NCBI GenBank assembly: GCA_963665235.2
Contig: CAXXLX010000001.1
Span: 2,752,001-2,816,000 of the forward strand
Direction of reading: 5' to 3'
DNA: 64,000 nucleotides
DNA from: Candidatus Poribacteria bacterium
Lineage (GTDB): Bacteria; Poribacteria; WGA-4E; WGA-3G
Below, one piece after another: positions 28,813 through 38,375 of this stretch (positions are counted from its first letter, which is position 1; the number at the start of each line of letters is the position of its first letter). A model generated the notes under the pieces. That model had not been told where the DNA came from. It did no database searches and was given only the letters and a program-made list of their open reading frames with translations. A program made the translations under genes and the position numbers.

Positions 28813-29895
28813 GTGGCACATACACATACTGATTCACAAACAAAACCTTTGGTAATTCCGGCTTCGGAGACAGCGAAACAGATGGCGCAAGCAGCGGCGA
28901 ACTTCCTGGACGCGCTGCCCCCAGCTTTACGCGAAAAAGCGGCACTCCCTTTCGATGGAAACGAACGTTTCCGATGGCACTACATCCCTATTGAAATGTG
29001 GGAACGGCAAGGCGTTTCCCTCAAAGAACTGAACCCGAAACAGCAGGAAGCAGCGTTCACACTCATGGCTAGCGGATTGAGTACTACAGGGTATGAGAAG
29101 GCGCGCGCTATTATCAATTTAGAGGCAACGCTCGGTGAAATTGAGAAGAAGGCGGGGGAAACGCGGCTTGCACGCGACCCGGAATTTTACTTCTTCACCG
29201 TATTCGGCGACCCGACCGGAAATGGCGCGTGGGGATGGCGTACTGAGGGTCACCACATTTCGCTCAACTTTACTGTCGTCAATCGGGAACTTGTTTCGCC
29301 TAATCCGTTCTTCTTCGGTTCAAATCCAGCAGAGGTCCCACAGGGTGAGAAAAAAGGATTGAGAGTGCTGCTTGCTGAGGAAGACCTGGCACGTCAGCTT
29401 CTAATAGGACTAACGCCGGACCAAAAAGCGAAAGCCGTTATCAATACGGAGGCACCTAACGATATTCTAACCCGCAATGCCCCCAAAGTTGAATTTGAAG
29501 CGGTCGAGGGATTAGCGGTGGAAACGATGCAAACACATCAACGCGAAATTCTGATGCAATTGGTGCATGAATATATTAACAGGCTGCCTGATGAGATAGC
29601 CGAAATAGAACGCCGCAAGCTACGCGAAGGCAGTGCTAACGATATCCATTTCGCCTGGGCAGGCGGTGAAGAGCGGCGGATGCCCCATTACTATCGACTT
29701 CACGGGCCGTTTTTCTTTGTGGAGTATGACAACACACAGAACGATGCAAACCACATTCATTCAGTGTGGCGGCACATCGCGGATGATTTCGGAGCTGATC
29801 TGTTGCGGTTACACTATCACAAAACGGATCATCATGACCATTATGCACAGGGCTCATGCAGCGCGTTGATAAATCCTTATGATAGTGAGATATAG
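28813..29895 (+). CDS. DUF3500 domain-containing protein
   Basis: 'WHYIP', 'GLS..GYEKA..I..LE', 'WGWR.EGHHIS.NF', 'FAWAG...HYYRLHGP.F.VEYDNTQNDANHIH.VWR'. Confidence 0.88.
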   Translation: MAHTHTDSQTKPLVIPASETAKQMAQAAANFLDALPPALREKAALPFDGNERFRWHYIPIEMWERQGVSLKELNPKQQEAAFTLMASGLSTTGYEKARAIINLEATLGEIEKKAGETRLARDPEFYFFTVFGDPTGNGAWGWRTEGHHISLNFTVVNRELVSPNPFFFGSNPAEVPQGEKKGLRVLLAEEDLARQLLIGLTPDQKAKAVINTEAPNDILTRNAPKVEFEAVEGLAVETMQTHQREILMQLVHEYINRLPDEIAEIERRKLREGSANDIHFAWAGGEERRMPHYYRLHGPFFFVEYDNTQNDANHIHSVWRHIADDFGADLLRLHYHKTDHHDHYAQGSCSALINPYDSEI

Positions 29896-29925
29896 AGGCA
29901 TCATGACCATTAGTCCTGTTGCCTA

Positions 29926-29971
29926 AAAAGATAAAGAGAGCTGCCGAGGTTGGCGGCTCTCTTTATCTTTT
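29926..29971. terminator. Bidirectional intrinsic terminator
   Basis: AAAAGATAAAGAGAGCTGCC-gaggtt-GGCGGCTCTCTTTATCTTTT between convergent genes. Confidence 0.85.
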
Positions 29972-29998
29972 TATAAGTCGTAATCTGACTCGCGACGA

Positions 29999-30850
29999 TT
30001 ATTGGACAGCTTTGAGAGTGCCCCAGGTTGTTGTAAGTTTACCCGCGGGTTCAACGGCGGTAACCGTGTCGCTGCTGAGTACGACGAGTCCTGTTTTTTC
30101 AGAATTTTTTCCGTGGACAACAGAGTGGGGATACCATCCGCTCCACCCTTTTTGCCCGCCTTGTCCTGCGGCTTTATCACCATCGTTGACGCAGATGCCG
30201 AGCCCGAGTTCATCACCTGCGCTGAATGAGCCAGAAATGCCTAAATGTGCAGGGGTGACTCTGAATTCATAGTAGGTTTTCTTTGCATCCTCATCTCGCA
30301 TAATAGCGAGATCTGTTTTCGCATCGAGCCCGGGTTGACCGTTCGTTCTTTCATTTCCTAGGAGAATGTCGCCATTATCCCTTAAGCCAACATTATAGAG
30401 AAACAGGGTCTGACCTGCGCCTCGGTCGCCGGTTGGTTCAAAGGCGAGTTGTGCGCCATCGCCGTTCCATGCTTGGCCTGCTGCGTGTTCGTGCTCGTCA
30501 TCGGTGACACTGAGTGCAAGATAGAGTGCATCGGCATCCCAGGCAATCATGAAACAGGTTGTGTGATCATCGGCACCGCTCCATTTACCACCGCCGTGTT
30601 CCTCAAATACCTTGACGGCTCCGCCAACGCCTTCAAATTCAACACCGCAGAACGTCGAACCATCAGTCCCGGTGACAGCGTCCATGACCTCTCCCCATTC
30701 GTCAAGATTTCCATCGATTTCAACGTCGAGGCCGCTTGGTGCGTTGTAAACGTCTTGGGTGTCGTTACGCCACTGTGCGTCCGCGATGCTGATTGTGAAT
30801 AAGAATACTGCTGCACAGAGTGCAGTCAGTATAAAAGCATATTTTTTCAT
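29999..30850 (-). CDS. Secreted CBM9/DOMON-like sugar-binding protein with Poribacteria-type C-terminal motif
   Basis: Signal peptide MKKYAF..., 'IDGNLDEW', 'WDADALYLA..VTDD', 'W.GD..QLAF', 'G..VNDGD'. C-terminus 'AVEPAGKLTTTWGTLK'. Confidence 0.8.
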   Translation of the reverse strand: MKKYAFILTALCAAVFLFTISIADAQWRNDTQDVYNAPSGLDVEIDGNLDEWGEVMDAVTGTDGSTFCGVEFEGVGGAVKVFEEHGGGKWSGADDHTTCFMIAWDADALYLALSVTDDEHEHAAGQAWNGDGAQLAFEPTGDRGAGQTLFLYNVGLRDNGDILLGNERTNGQPGLDAKTDLAIMRDEDAKKTYYEFRVTPAHLGISGSFSAGDELGLGICVNDGDKAAGQGGQKGWSGWYPHSVVHGKNSEKTGLVVLSSDTVTAVEPAGKLTTTWGTLKAVQ

Positions 30851-31055
30851 TAAATTTCCTCTTTTTGTTAGCTGTTTTCCACGTTCAGTTTGTCGAGATT
30901 CGAAGCTCGCTCCTACCGAGTCGTGGAGGTTTCTATAGTGCAACTATGTTGCTATATTAGTTGTCTGGACAGGGACATTCCTGCTCAAACAGAAGCTGCA
31001 GCGGTCTGTTTGTAACCGCTGCGATGTTATCGGTTTTTGACGTGTGCCAAAACCG

Positions 31056-31910
31056 TTATCGGATTGATTTTAGTTTACCCCATGTCGTTGCTAACTTATT
31101 GGCAGCTTCGACAGCGAGGGTTTCATCGATAAGTCTGACGAGACCGGTTTTTTCTGGATTCTTGCCATGAACAACAGAGTGGGGGTACCATCCGCTCCAG
31201 CCTTTTTGTCCGCCTTGGCCTGCGGCTTTATCGCCATCGTTGATACAGATACCGAGCCCGAATTCGTAGCCTTCGCTGAACGGCTCTTTTAAACCTAAAT
31301 TTTCAGGCGTGATTTTAAATTCATAGTAGGTTTCCTTTTCACCCTCGTTGCGAACAATGAATATACTTTCACCTTCACCTGCAACAAGCCCTGGATTGCC
31401 TCGCGTCCGCTCATTCCCTAGTATGAGATTCCCGTTATCGTGCAATCCGGCATTATATAGGATGTCGGGCTGTCCACCTGCGCGATTACCACTTGGTACA
31501 AAAGAGAGTTGTGCGCCATCCCCATTCCATGCTTGGCCTGCTCCGTGTTCATGTTCATCATCGGTGACTTTGATACCGATGTAGAGAGCTTCTGGCTCCC
31601 AGAAAATTGCGAAACAGGTTTTGTGGTCGTTGGCATCTTTCCATGTCCCTCCGCCATGCGTTTCAAAGACTTTAACTGCACCACCAACCCCTTCAAATTC
31701 GACTTCACAGAAAGGTTTGCCGTTAGTGCCTTTAACTGTTTCAAGGGCACCTTCCCACCCTTCGTCGTCATTAAGTTCACCATCGATTTCAATGTCGGAG
31801 GAAGCTCTCAAGGCTTCGTAAAGGTCGTGGGTTTTGCTTCGCCACTGTGCTTCTGCTGTGATACCTGTGAGTAATAGCAGTAGCGTTGTTACAATCAAAA
31901 AATTTCTCAT
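31056..31910 (-). CDS. Secreted CBM9/DOMON-like protein, paralogue of 29999-30850
   Basis: Long shared stretches (e.g. NDGDKAAGQGGQKGWSGWYPHSVVHGKN). C-terminus 'AVEAANKLATTWGKLK'. Confidence 0.8.
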   Translation of the reverse strand: MRNFLIVTTLLLLLTGITAEAQWRSKTHDLYEALRASSDIEIDGELNDDEGWEGALETVKGTNGKPFCEVEFEGVGGAVKVFETHGGGTWKDANDHKTCFAIFWEPEALYIGIKVTDDEHEHGAGQAWNGDGAQLSFVPSGNRAGGQPDILYNAGLHDNGNLILGNERTRGNPGLVAGEGESIFIVRNEGEKETYYEFKITPENLGLKEPFSEGYEFGLGICINDGDKAAGQGGQKGWSGWYPHSVVHGKNPEKTGLVRLIDETLAVEAANKLATTWGKLKSIR

Positions 31911-31981
31911 TTCTTCTCCTTATTAAAGCAAGCACGGTTATGCTGCTTGCGATTTAAGTTCAATTCCGCGCAGTGCGGAGA

Positions 31982-33517
31982 TTAACGGTCTTCAGCGGTT
32001 TGGGCAACGTCTTTGCCCCCCAAGCAGAAGATATATCTATTATTTGAACCGATGTAAAGTTTACCGTTGGCGATAGCCGGTGAGGAAAGGAGTTCCGTGC
32101 CACGTGCAACGGTGTTTGTATCATATTTCCACATAATGTCGCCATCATCAATTGCAAGGCAGTAAATCAGACCCGCTTCCGTTGCAGCGTAAACTGCATC
32201 TTGTGTAACCGCCGGTGATGAGACTATACCGGAACCGAGCGGGGTTTTCCAATGGAGGTCGCCCCCCGTAGCTGTAAATGTGTAAACGTGTCCATCGCGA
32301 GAGCCGAAGGTTACAAAACCGTCATGTACAACAATTGCTGTGAAAACAGCGTCCGCTGCTTCATATTCCCAGGCAATGTCTCCGTTTTCAGTGTTAAGTG
32401 CGACAACCTTTCCTTTCGGAATGGGTGCGCTTTCAGAAAAATTGCCCCTACCGAGGCCAAAAAAGACAAGGTTTTCATAACCACCCGGCGTACCCCAAAC
32501 AGGATACGGCATCGGTTTTGACCAGACTTCTGCACCTGTATGTTCATCCACAGCATAAACTTTATACTGTCCGTAACCGGTGCCGAAATAGACCTTGCCA
32601 TTTTTGACTAAGGGGGACATGTCGGCATGCACGGCGGGAAAATGCCAAATCTGCTCACCAGCGAGGGCATCAATGCAATAGACCCCATCTGCCCCGGCGG
32701 TGAAGTAAAGCCTGCCATGTGTTATGAATGGCGTTGACTCAACATGACTCGCGGTTCTAAAATTCCAGATAGGGTCGCCAGTCTTTGCGTCAAGGCATCG
32801 GAGGCTGCATCCATCATCATAATGAAAACCTTCGCCGATGTAAACTCTACCGGCTACAACGGCGGGTGAAGAAACGATTGGGATTTTAGAATCGTGCCGC
32901 CAGACAACCTCTTGTGTATCCGTATTAATACAGTAAGTTGCACCGCTAACAGAAAAAACTGCACCATGGGTGGCACCGATATAAAGACGATTGCCGATGA
33001 TTGCAGGTGACGACAAGAATTGAACCGTTTTCGCACCCTTCGATTTGAAAACCCATGCAGGGGTTCCATTTGTCGGACCGGGCAGGTCATCAACATGCCC
33101 AGTACGGTTTGCATCTGCGCGAAACGTCGGCCATGTTGTGTGCGTTCTCACATTTGCTTCATCAGCACGCTGAATGCCGGTATCAATCGGAGCGGTGTTC
33201 TTGGGGATGCTCTTTCCAACAAGTTGATAGGTTAGCACCGCTAGGCCAATTAGCACAATGAGACTCACGACAGAGACAAGGATTCTGCGGAAAGACAGCA
33301 GGTCTCTCAGTTTGTAAAAGAACATCTTGGTCGTATCACGGGCAAAGACAAAACAGGTCAGAATAGCAACACCGATAAAGGCAAGAATCTGCGGGATTAT
33401 GGCAAGCAGCGTTGTCAAAGGCCCGAGCAGTTGCGGTATTACCGCATGCGCGGTCGTCGTGAAACAGACAAAAACCGATATGAGGCTTAAGGTCAGTATT
33501 CGTGTGGATTTTCTCAT
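31982..33517 (-). CDS. PQQ-like (BamB-type) beta-propeller protein with N-terminal membrane segments
   Basis: Repeated 'SSPAV..G.VY.G', 'DA.TG...W' and 'WPTFRAD..RTG'. Confidence 0.85.
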   Translation of the reverse strand: MRKSTRILTLSLISVFVCFTTTAHAVIPQLLGPLTTLLAIIPQILAFIGVAILTCFVFARDTTKMFFYKLRDLLSFRRILVSVVSLIVLIGLAVLTYQLVGKSIPKNTAPIDTGIQRADEANVRTHTTWPTFRADANRTGHVDDLPGPTNGTPAWVFKSKGAKTVQFLSSPAIIGNRLYIGATHGAVFSVSGATYCINTDTQEVVWRHDSKIPIVSSPAVVAGRVYIGEGFHYDDGCSLRCLDAKTGDPIWNFRTASHVESTPFITHGRLYFTAGADGVYCIDALAGEQIWHFPAVHADMSPLVKNGKVYFGTGYGQYKVYAVDEHTGAEVWSKPMPYPVWGTPGGYENLVFFGLGRGNFSESAPIPKGKVVALNTENGDIAWEYEAADAVFTAIVVHDGFVTFGSRDGHVYTFTATGGDLHWKTPLGSGIVSSPAVTQDAVYAATEAGLIYCLAIDDGDIMWKYDTNTVARGTELLSSPAIANGKLYIGSNNRYIFCLGGKDVAQTAEDR

Positions 33518-33535
33518 TGCTTAATAACCCCCGTC

Positions 33536-34714
33536 CTATTTGGATTTCTCTAGAAACGCTACGGCGAAATGCATCAAGTTTTCAAGCATCGGACGATTTT
33601 GAGCAACCTGTTCTTTTCTATTGTTGTGGAGGTTCGTGATGAGATACATGCCTTTACCGTATCTTAATTTAGCGACAACAATTTCTTTACCCTTGTTAGT
33701 TGTTGCGAGCACCTCAAATTTATCGTTCCACCCGTTCCAGGAGTCGTCAAGCGAGAGTTGTCCTGAGCGGATTCGGTGCGGTGCTTTGAAAAGCGTGCCT
33801 GCTTTGGATGTGGGTTGGAAATCATTTCTGTGTGCGCTTTCTACCCCCTTCAGCGGTTCAGGTAACCATCCACTGCCACACGGTTTTCCGGTGTCACTAT
33901 CTTGTCCGGAGACAATCACAATCCCCCCGTTTTTCACAAAATCTTTAATCCGTTTTTCGTGCTTGCTGTTGAGCCAATATCTGCCATCTCTGCCGATGGA
34001 GCGGCACCCAATCCACAAGATATGAGCCTTGCTGAGCCCAGGTAGTTCGCGATTCGTTGTCTGATGGTGGGCAATCCAACGTTCCTGCACCTTGTTGATT
34101 TCGGAGATAACAGGATGTTCAACCTGATATTCTTTCGTATTGAAAAGCAGGAGTTGGAGTGCGTTTTCACCGAGCATCGCGCTTAACTCTTTCTGGAATT
34201 CGGGGGTTGAATCTCTTTTTGAGACTTTGTCCCTATTCAGGTATTTCTCGAAATGTGTAAAACCCCACCATCCCCAATCGCCTCGCTGTTTTGTGGCTTG
34301 GGTCTGAAACCATTTGCCTCTTGTATGTGCGAGGCTGTCGATGCGTCCACCGTCTTTCCGATAGCAGACGACAATCGGTTCATCATTTCTCAGAAATCGG
34401 CTGAGCTCTTCCCGCTGGTCCGCCTCACCTTTGAATACATCGAAGCGAATTTTGATTTCATCAAAGTCTCTGGCACCTTTGAGGTATTTCTCAACCTTAA
34501 CCTTAACCGTCTTTCTCTTCGTGTTAAGTTCGGTGACAGTGCCAAAAAGCACGTTAGTGCTTTCGCTAACGATTTGCGGGATGGTGTAACGGGCAGCGAT
34601 GTAGGACTCCGCACTCAACTGGACCAACATTATAAGACTCACAACAAACAGCCCGATACAGTGATAACGTTTAACTTTAAAATTTGGATTGCTAACCGAT
34701 GTTAGTTTTTGCAT
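33536..34714 (-). CDS. Secreted hypothetical protein with C-terminal glutamine-amidotransferase-like fold
   Basis: Signal/TM, 'IKDFVKNGGIVIV', 'YGKGMYLIT', 'LENL'. Confidence 0.55.
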   Translation of the reverse strand: MQKLTSVSNPNFKVKRYHCIGLFVVSLIMLVQLSAESYIAARYTIPQIVSESTNVLFGTVTELNTKRKTVKVKVEKYLKGARDFDEIKIRFDVFKGEADQREELSRFLRNDEPIVVCYRKDGGRIDSLAHTRGKWFQTQATKQRGDWGWWGFTHFEKYLNRDKVSKRDSTPEFQKELSAMLGENALQLLLFNTKEYQVEHPVISEINKVQERWIAHHQTTNRELPGLSKAHILWIGCRSIGRDGRYWLNSKHEKRIKDFVKNGGIVIVSGQDSDTGKPCGSGWLPEPLKGVESAHRNDFQPTSKAGTLFKAPHRIRSGQLSLDDSWNGWNDKFEVLATTNKGKEIVVAKLRYGKGMYLITNLHNNRKEQVAQNRPMLENLMHFAVAFLEKSK

Positions 34715-34804
34715 TGAAGGCTTTTCTCCTTTTGTGTATGTTTTTTAGTAGGGGGATGCGTTTGTATTAAAACGTCCCGTATCGTGCGTTTCGTTGTGAT
34801 AACA

Positions 34805-35917
34805 CTATTGCGACCGTCCTCTTGCAGCGATGTTCCACACAGATTCGACAATCCCGTTTCGGATGCCGTAATACTTGTCGTGAAGGTTAACGGTTGTACA
34901 ACAGTGTGTCGGTAAAATTTCCAGTTTATCCCCCGGTGCGAGGGGAATGTTTGTGTCGGTAACCAGCACTGTTCCATGCTCTTCGGAAAGCCCGGTCATC
35001 TCTAAGCCTGCCATACCCACCGGTTGCGGGATGCCGAACTCTTTGGCGAGCACTTTCATACCTGTATCCACAATGAGGCGATTCCGTTCAGGACGACTCA
35101 CAACAGTTGCCAAAACTGACAGCGCACACGCAAATTGTTCACCGACCCCTTCAACGCTGCCGTAGGTTGAATCCATGAAAACGTATGAACCTGCCTGTAC
35201 CTCTGTCATTTCGGGGAGGCTGCCTGTGATATTAAAGGTGCCGGTACCGCCGCCGCTCATAATTGAAACCGCTACATCATGTTTTTCGAGGTAATGTTTC
35301 GTGTCAATCAAATGTTGCATAGCTTCGCGTGTGGCGGTTTCTCTTTCAACGCGGTTCGGTTTTGCAACCGTGTGTCCCTCATACCCCATAAGTCCTTCAA
35401 ATATCAGGTTTGGACTTTTGCATATCTGTTGTGCCAATGTAAGCGCCGGTTGCCCGGGTTCAACGCCACAGCGGTCCATTCCGATGTTGACTTCCACTAA
35501 CATTCTGATGTTTACCCCTTTTGCCGATGCTGCATCGGAGATAGCCTGCACGTTCTCTGAATTGTCCACTGCGACCATAATCTCTGAATGCTTTGCGAGG
35601 TTGATGAGCCGTGCTATTTTGTGTGTGCCGACAACCTGATTGGCAATAAGGACATCCCGGATGCCAGCGTGAATTACCGCTTCTGCCTCCCCTAATTTGG
35701 CACACGTAACCCCGATTGCTTCGCCTGCAGCAATCTGTTTATGTGCAATAATCGGCGTTTTATGTGTTTTGACGTGCGGTCTAAGCACCGCGTTGACATT
35801 CGTAAAATAATTCGCCATCTTCTCTATGTTGGCTTCCATTTTATCCAGGTCAATCAGCAGAGCCGGGGTATCTAATTCAGTTTTGGACCGCCCGATAAAG
35901 GTGTCATTGGATTGCAT
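34805..35917 (-). CDS. DSD1-family PLP-dependent enzyme (D-threonine aldolase / D-serine dehydratase-like)
   Basis: 'LDTPALLIDL', 'LRPHVKTHK', 'GLMGYEGH', 'SGGGTGT', 'EVQAGSYVFMD', 'LSEEHG', 'PTHCCTTVNL'. Confidence 0.92.
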   Translation of the reverse strand: MQSNDTFIGRSKTELDTPALLIDLDKMEANIEKMANYFTNVNAVLRPHVKTHKTPIIAHKQIAAGEAIGVTCAKLGEAEAVIHAGIRDVLIANQVVGTHKIARLINLAKHSEIMVAVDNSENVQAISDAASAKGVNIRMLVEVNIGMDRCGVEPGQPALTLAQQICKSPNLIFEGLMGYEGHTVAKPNRVERETATREAMQHLIDTKHYLEKHDVAVSIMSGGGTGTFNITGSLPEMTEVQAGSYVFMDSTYGSVEGVGEQFACALSVLATVVSRPERNRLIVDTGMKVLAKEFGIPQPVGMAGLEMTGLSEEHGTVLVTDTNIPLAPGDKLEILPTHCCTTVNLHDKYYGIRNGIVESVWNIAARGRSQ

Positions 35918-35929
35918 AGCTGTATCCCT

Positions 35930-36883
35930 TCAAAGTTGTTTTACAGGATTTGACAACGTGCCGAACCCCTCAATTTCGATGTGGACGATATCGCCTGGGG
36001 CAAGCGGTAAATCGTTTGGGATGATGATACCGGTGCCAGTAGAGACAACAGTGCCAAACGGAATAGGGTTATCACGTATCAGGAATTCGGTAAGTTGTTC
36101 AAACTTCCAATTAATTTGGGAGGTGTTAACCTCACCGGCATAGATTTCTTCATCGTTCCGAAGGATATTACAGGTTATCTTTAGGTTGTAAGGGTCATCA
36201 ACTTCGGAGGGGGTGATAAACATAGGACCGAGGGCACAGCATCCGTAAAAGATTTTGGATTGCACCAGATAGAGCGGGTTCTCGCGTTCGATATCCCAGG
36301 CGGATACATCGTTACAGAGGGTGTATCCGAGGATATCCCCATCTCTGCCGAGTATATATGCGAGTTCAGGTTCCGGTGCGGTTAGGACAGAGTCGCTGCG
36401 GATACCGATAAAATCGTTGGGGCCGACACATCGTTCAGGCGTAGCTTTGAAAAAGATTTCGGGCCGGTCTGCGTTGTAAACCCGGCTGTAGATATCCTGC
36501 TCGCTATCGTCGTCGCGCATGTCCGCGCTCCGTTTATAGGTAACGCCACATCCCCACACTTCGGGGGTGTCAATCGGTGTCAAGAGGTGTGGAACATTTT
36601 CAGCCGGTGCAACGTTTAGCTTCTCAAACGTCAGACCGTTCTCTTTCGTCAAATCCGGCTCATCGCCTGGGCGTGTCGGGAAGCGCATCGGTGGCGGTGT
36701 TGACACCTGCTCCTGTATGTCAGCGAGGAGCACACCGAGGCTCACGCGCTCTTCATTGGCAAGTGCGAGGACCTCTAACACGCCTGGGGATTCATCGCTC
36801 GTTACGTCGATGACCTCATGTTCGCGGGTAACAATCCCGACCCGTTTGCCTAAGTTCGGTAAGTGAAATTGAATCAGTTTCAT
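35930..36883 (-). CDS. Fumarylacetoacetate hydrolase family protein (2-keto-3-deoxy-pentonate dehydratase-like)
   Basis: 'EVWGCGVTYKRS', 'IYSRVY.ADRPEIFFK', 'PEPEL', 'NDVSAWDIE.ENPLYL.QSK', 'TGTG'. Confidence 0.9.
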   Translation of the reverse strand: MKLIQFHLPNLGKRVGIVTREHEVIDVTSDESPGVLEVLALANEERVSLGVLLADIQEQVSTPPPMRFPTRPGDEPDLTKENGLTFEKLNVAPAENVPHLLTPIDTPEVWGCGVTYKRSADMRDDDSEQDIYSRVYNADRPEIFFKATPERCVGPNDFIGIRSDSVLTAPEPELAYILGRDGDILGYTLCNDVSAWDIERENPLYLVQSKIFYGCCALGPMFITPSEVDDPYNLKITCNILRNDEEIYAGEVNTSQINWKFEQLTEFLIRDNPIPFGTVVSTGTGIIIPNDLPLAPGDIVHIEIEGFGTLSNPVKQL

Positions 36884-36918
36884 CGTTTTCCAAACATCTC
36901 TGTAGTTTGAGGTGCACG

Positions 36919-37536
36919 TTAATCTATCTCAGGAACCAGGGCAGTTTTCTCAAGAAGATTGATAACTTTCTGTGCACATTCCGTAATGGATAGGTCAGCC
37001 GTATTCACAATAACTTCTGCATTGTGCGGTGGTTCGTAGGGGGCACTGATACCCGTAAATTCCTTAATTTCTCCGGCGCGTGCTTTTTTGTATAACCCCT
37101 TCGGGTCACGTTCTTCGCAGACTTCAAGTGGACATTCAACGAAGACTTCAACGAATCTGCCTTCGGCGATGAGATGTCGTGCCTGAGCCCGATCGGCGCG
37201 ATAGGGGGAAATAAACGCTGTTATGACGACGGTCCCCGCATCTACGAAAAGTTTTGCGACTTCACCGACGCGCCGAATATTTTCCTCCCGGTCAGCGGGA
37301 GAGAAGCCTAAATTTTTGTTCAAACCGTGCCGTACATTGTCGCCATCTAGCACATACGTATGATGATTTCGCTGGTGTAAAAGGTATGCCACCGCGTTTG
37401 CTAATGTTGATTTGCCCGACCCGGAAAGCCCGGTGAACCAAATCACACAGCCTTTCTGGTTGAGCAGTTGTTCTCTGTCTTCCGCTGTGACAGTCGCTTG
37501 ATGCCACGTAATATTGGTCGCTTTCTGTTCTACCAA
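36919..37536 (-). CDS. cysC: Adenylyl-sulfate kinase
   Basis: '[13 protein letters not shown]', '[10 protein letters not shown]', '[16 protein letters not shown]', '[15 protein letters not shown]', 'FTGISAPYE'. Probable TTG start at 37536. Confidence 0.97.
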   Translation of the reverse strand: MVEQKATNITWHQATVTAEDREQLLNQKGCVIWFTGLSGSGKSTLANAVAYLLHQRNHHTYVLDGDNVRHGLNKNLGFSPADREENIRRVGEVAKLFVDAGTVVITAFISPYRADRAQARHLIAEGRFVEVFVECPLEVCEERDPKGLYKKARAGEIKEFTGISAPYEPPHNAEVIVNTADLSITECAQKVINLLEKTALVPEID

Positions 37537-37739
37537 TCGATTATTCCTCGTGATTTCCTTAATTGCAATATATGTTCTGTAGGTTGCTCGTCTCAATTGG
37601 CGTGTTTCCCATAAAAAATAGTATACCAAAAATATAGCCGAGTGTGCAACCCTTTTTTCAGTTAATGTATATTATAACACTATCTCAACCTTAATTGCAA
37701 AAATTTTTCACTGTGAGGGGGGTGTCAATAGTTTGCGAA

Positions 37740-38375
37740 TCATATAAGAATTTTCTTGTAGACAAAATCCAGCCATCTGTTTTGCGGGGGTATAATTTGC
37801 GGTTTCGGTGAAAGTGGAGTCCAATACGGCTGAAAAATATGCCCCAGATCACTTTTCAATTCCCATATATCTTCCGTTTTCTCTTGTGTGGACATAAGGA
37901 AAAAGTGTCTTTTTTTCTGTGCGCTAAGGTTTTCGTTCGGCACCCACCCCGTAATCTTATAGTCAATGCAGGTGGGATTAAAGTGTTTGTCGTATTCGTA
38001 TTCAGTATATGAAATATGTGTAAAATCTTCTTGTGTAGCACGGTAATCGACGGTAAGTCCCCTGGTTAATTTCCGTTTGTAGGGGATTGCGTTTAAGTCC
38101 GGGTTGATATAAACTTGAGTCGTCTCGGTGATAATTCTTTGGCGTTCACTCAATTCGTTTTCAATACAACCCAGATATTTTTCAATTTTTACGTTCTGTA
38201 ATCCGGTTTCTTCGGCTGTTTCTCGCTGGACGGCTGTTTCGATATCTTCATCCGCTTCAACGGAGCCCGCTGGGATTTGGATGCCTGCGGTGGGGTGTTT
38301 AAAGACGAGCAACATCTTGATACCGTTTCTTTCCTGTGTGATAAAGGCGGAAACCTTTTCAATGGGGTTGTTCAC
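37740..38375 (-). CDS. NUDIX hydrolase
   Basis: Nudix box 'GSVEADEDIETAVQRETAEETGL'. Probable GTG start overlapping the hsdR 3' end (the start is uncertain). Confidence 0.85.
   Translation of the reverse strand: MNNPIEKVSAFITQERNGIKMLLVFKHPTAGIQIPAGSVEADEDIETAVQRETAEETGLQNVKIEKYLGCIENELSERQRIITETTQVYINPDLNAIPYKRKLTRGLTVDYRATQEDFTHISYTEYEYDKHFNPTCIDYKITGWVPNENLSAQKKRHFFLMSTQEKTEDIWELKSDLGHIFQPYWTPLSPKPQIIPPQNRWLDFVYKKILI

Noticed and set aside
30851-30943. N-terminal extension of the CBM9-like ORF in the supplied track
   Set aside because: The signal peptide begins at ATG 30850 with a GAGG RBS, and the extension overlaps a REP-like hairpin.
36919-37536. cysC next to the RM island as part of a DNA phosphorothioation or sulfur-modification system
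   Set aside because: It is an ordinary APS kinase with its own upstream region, and no dnd/ssp genes are seen.
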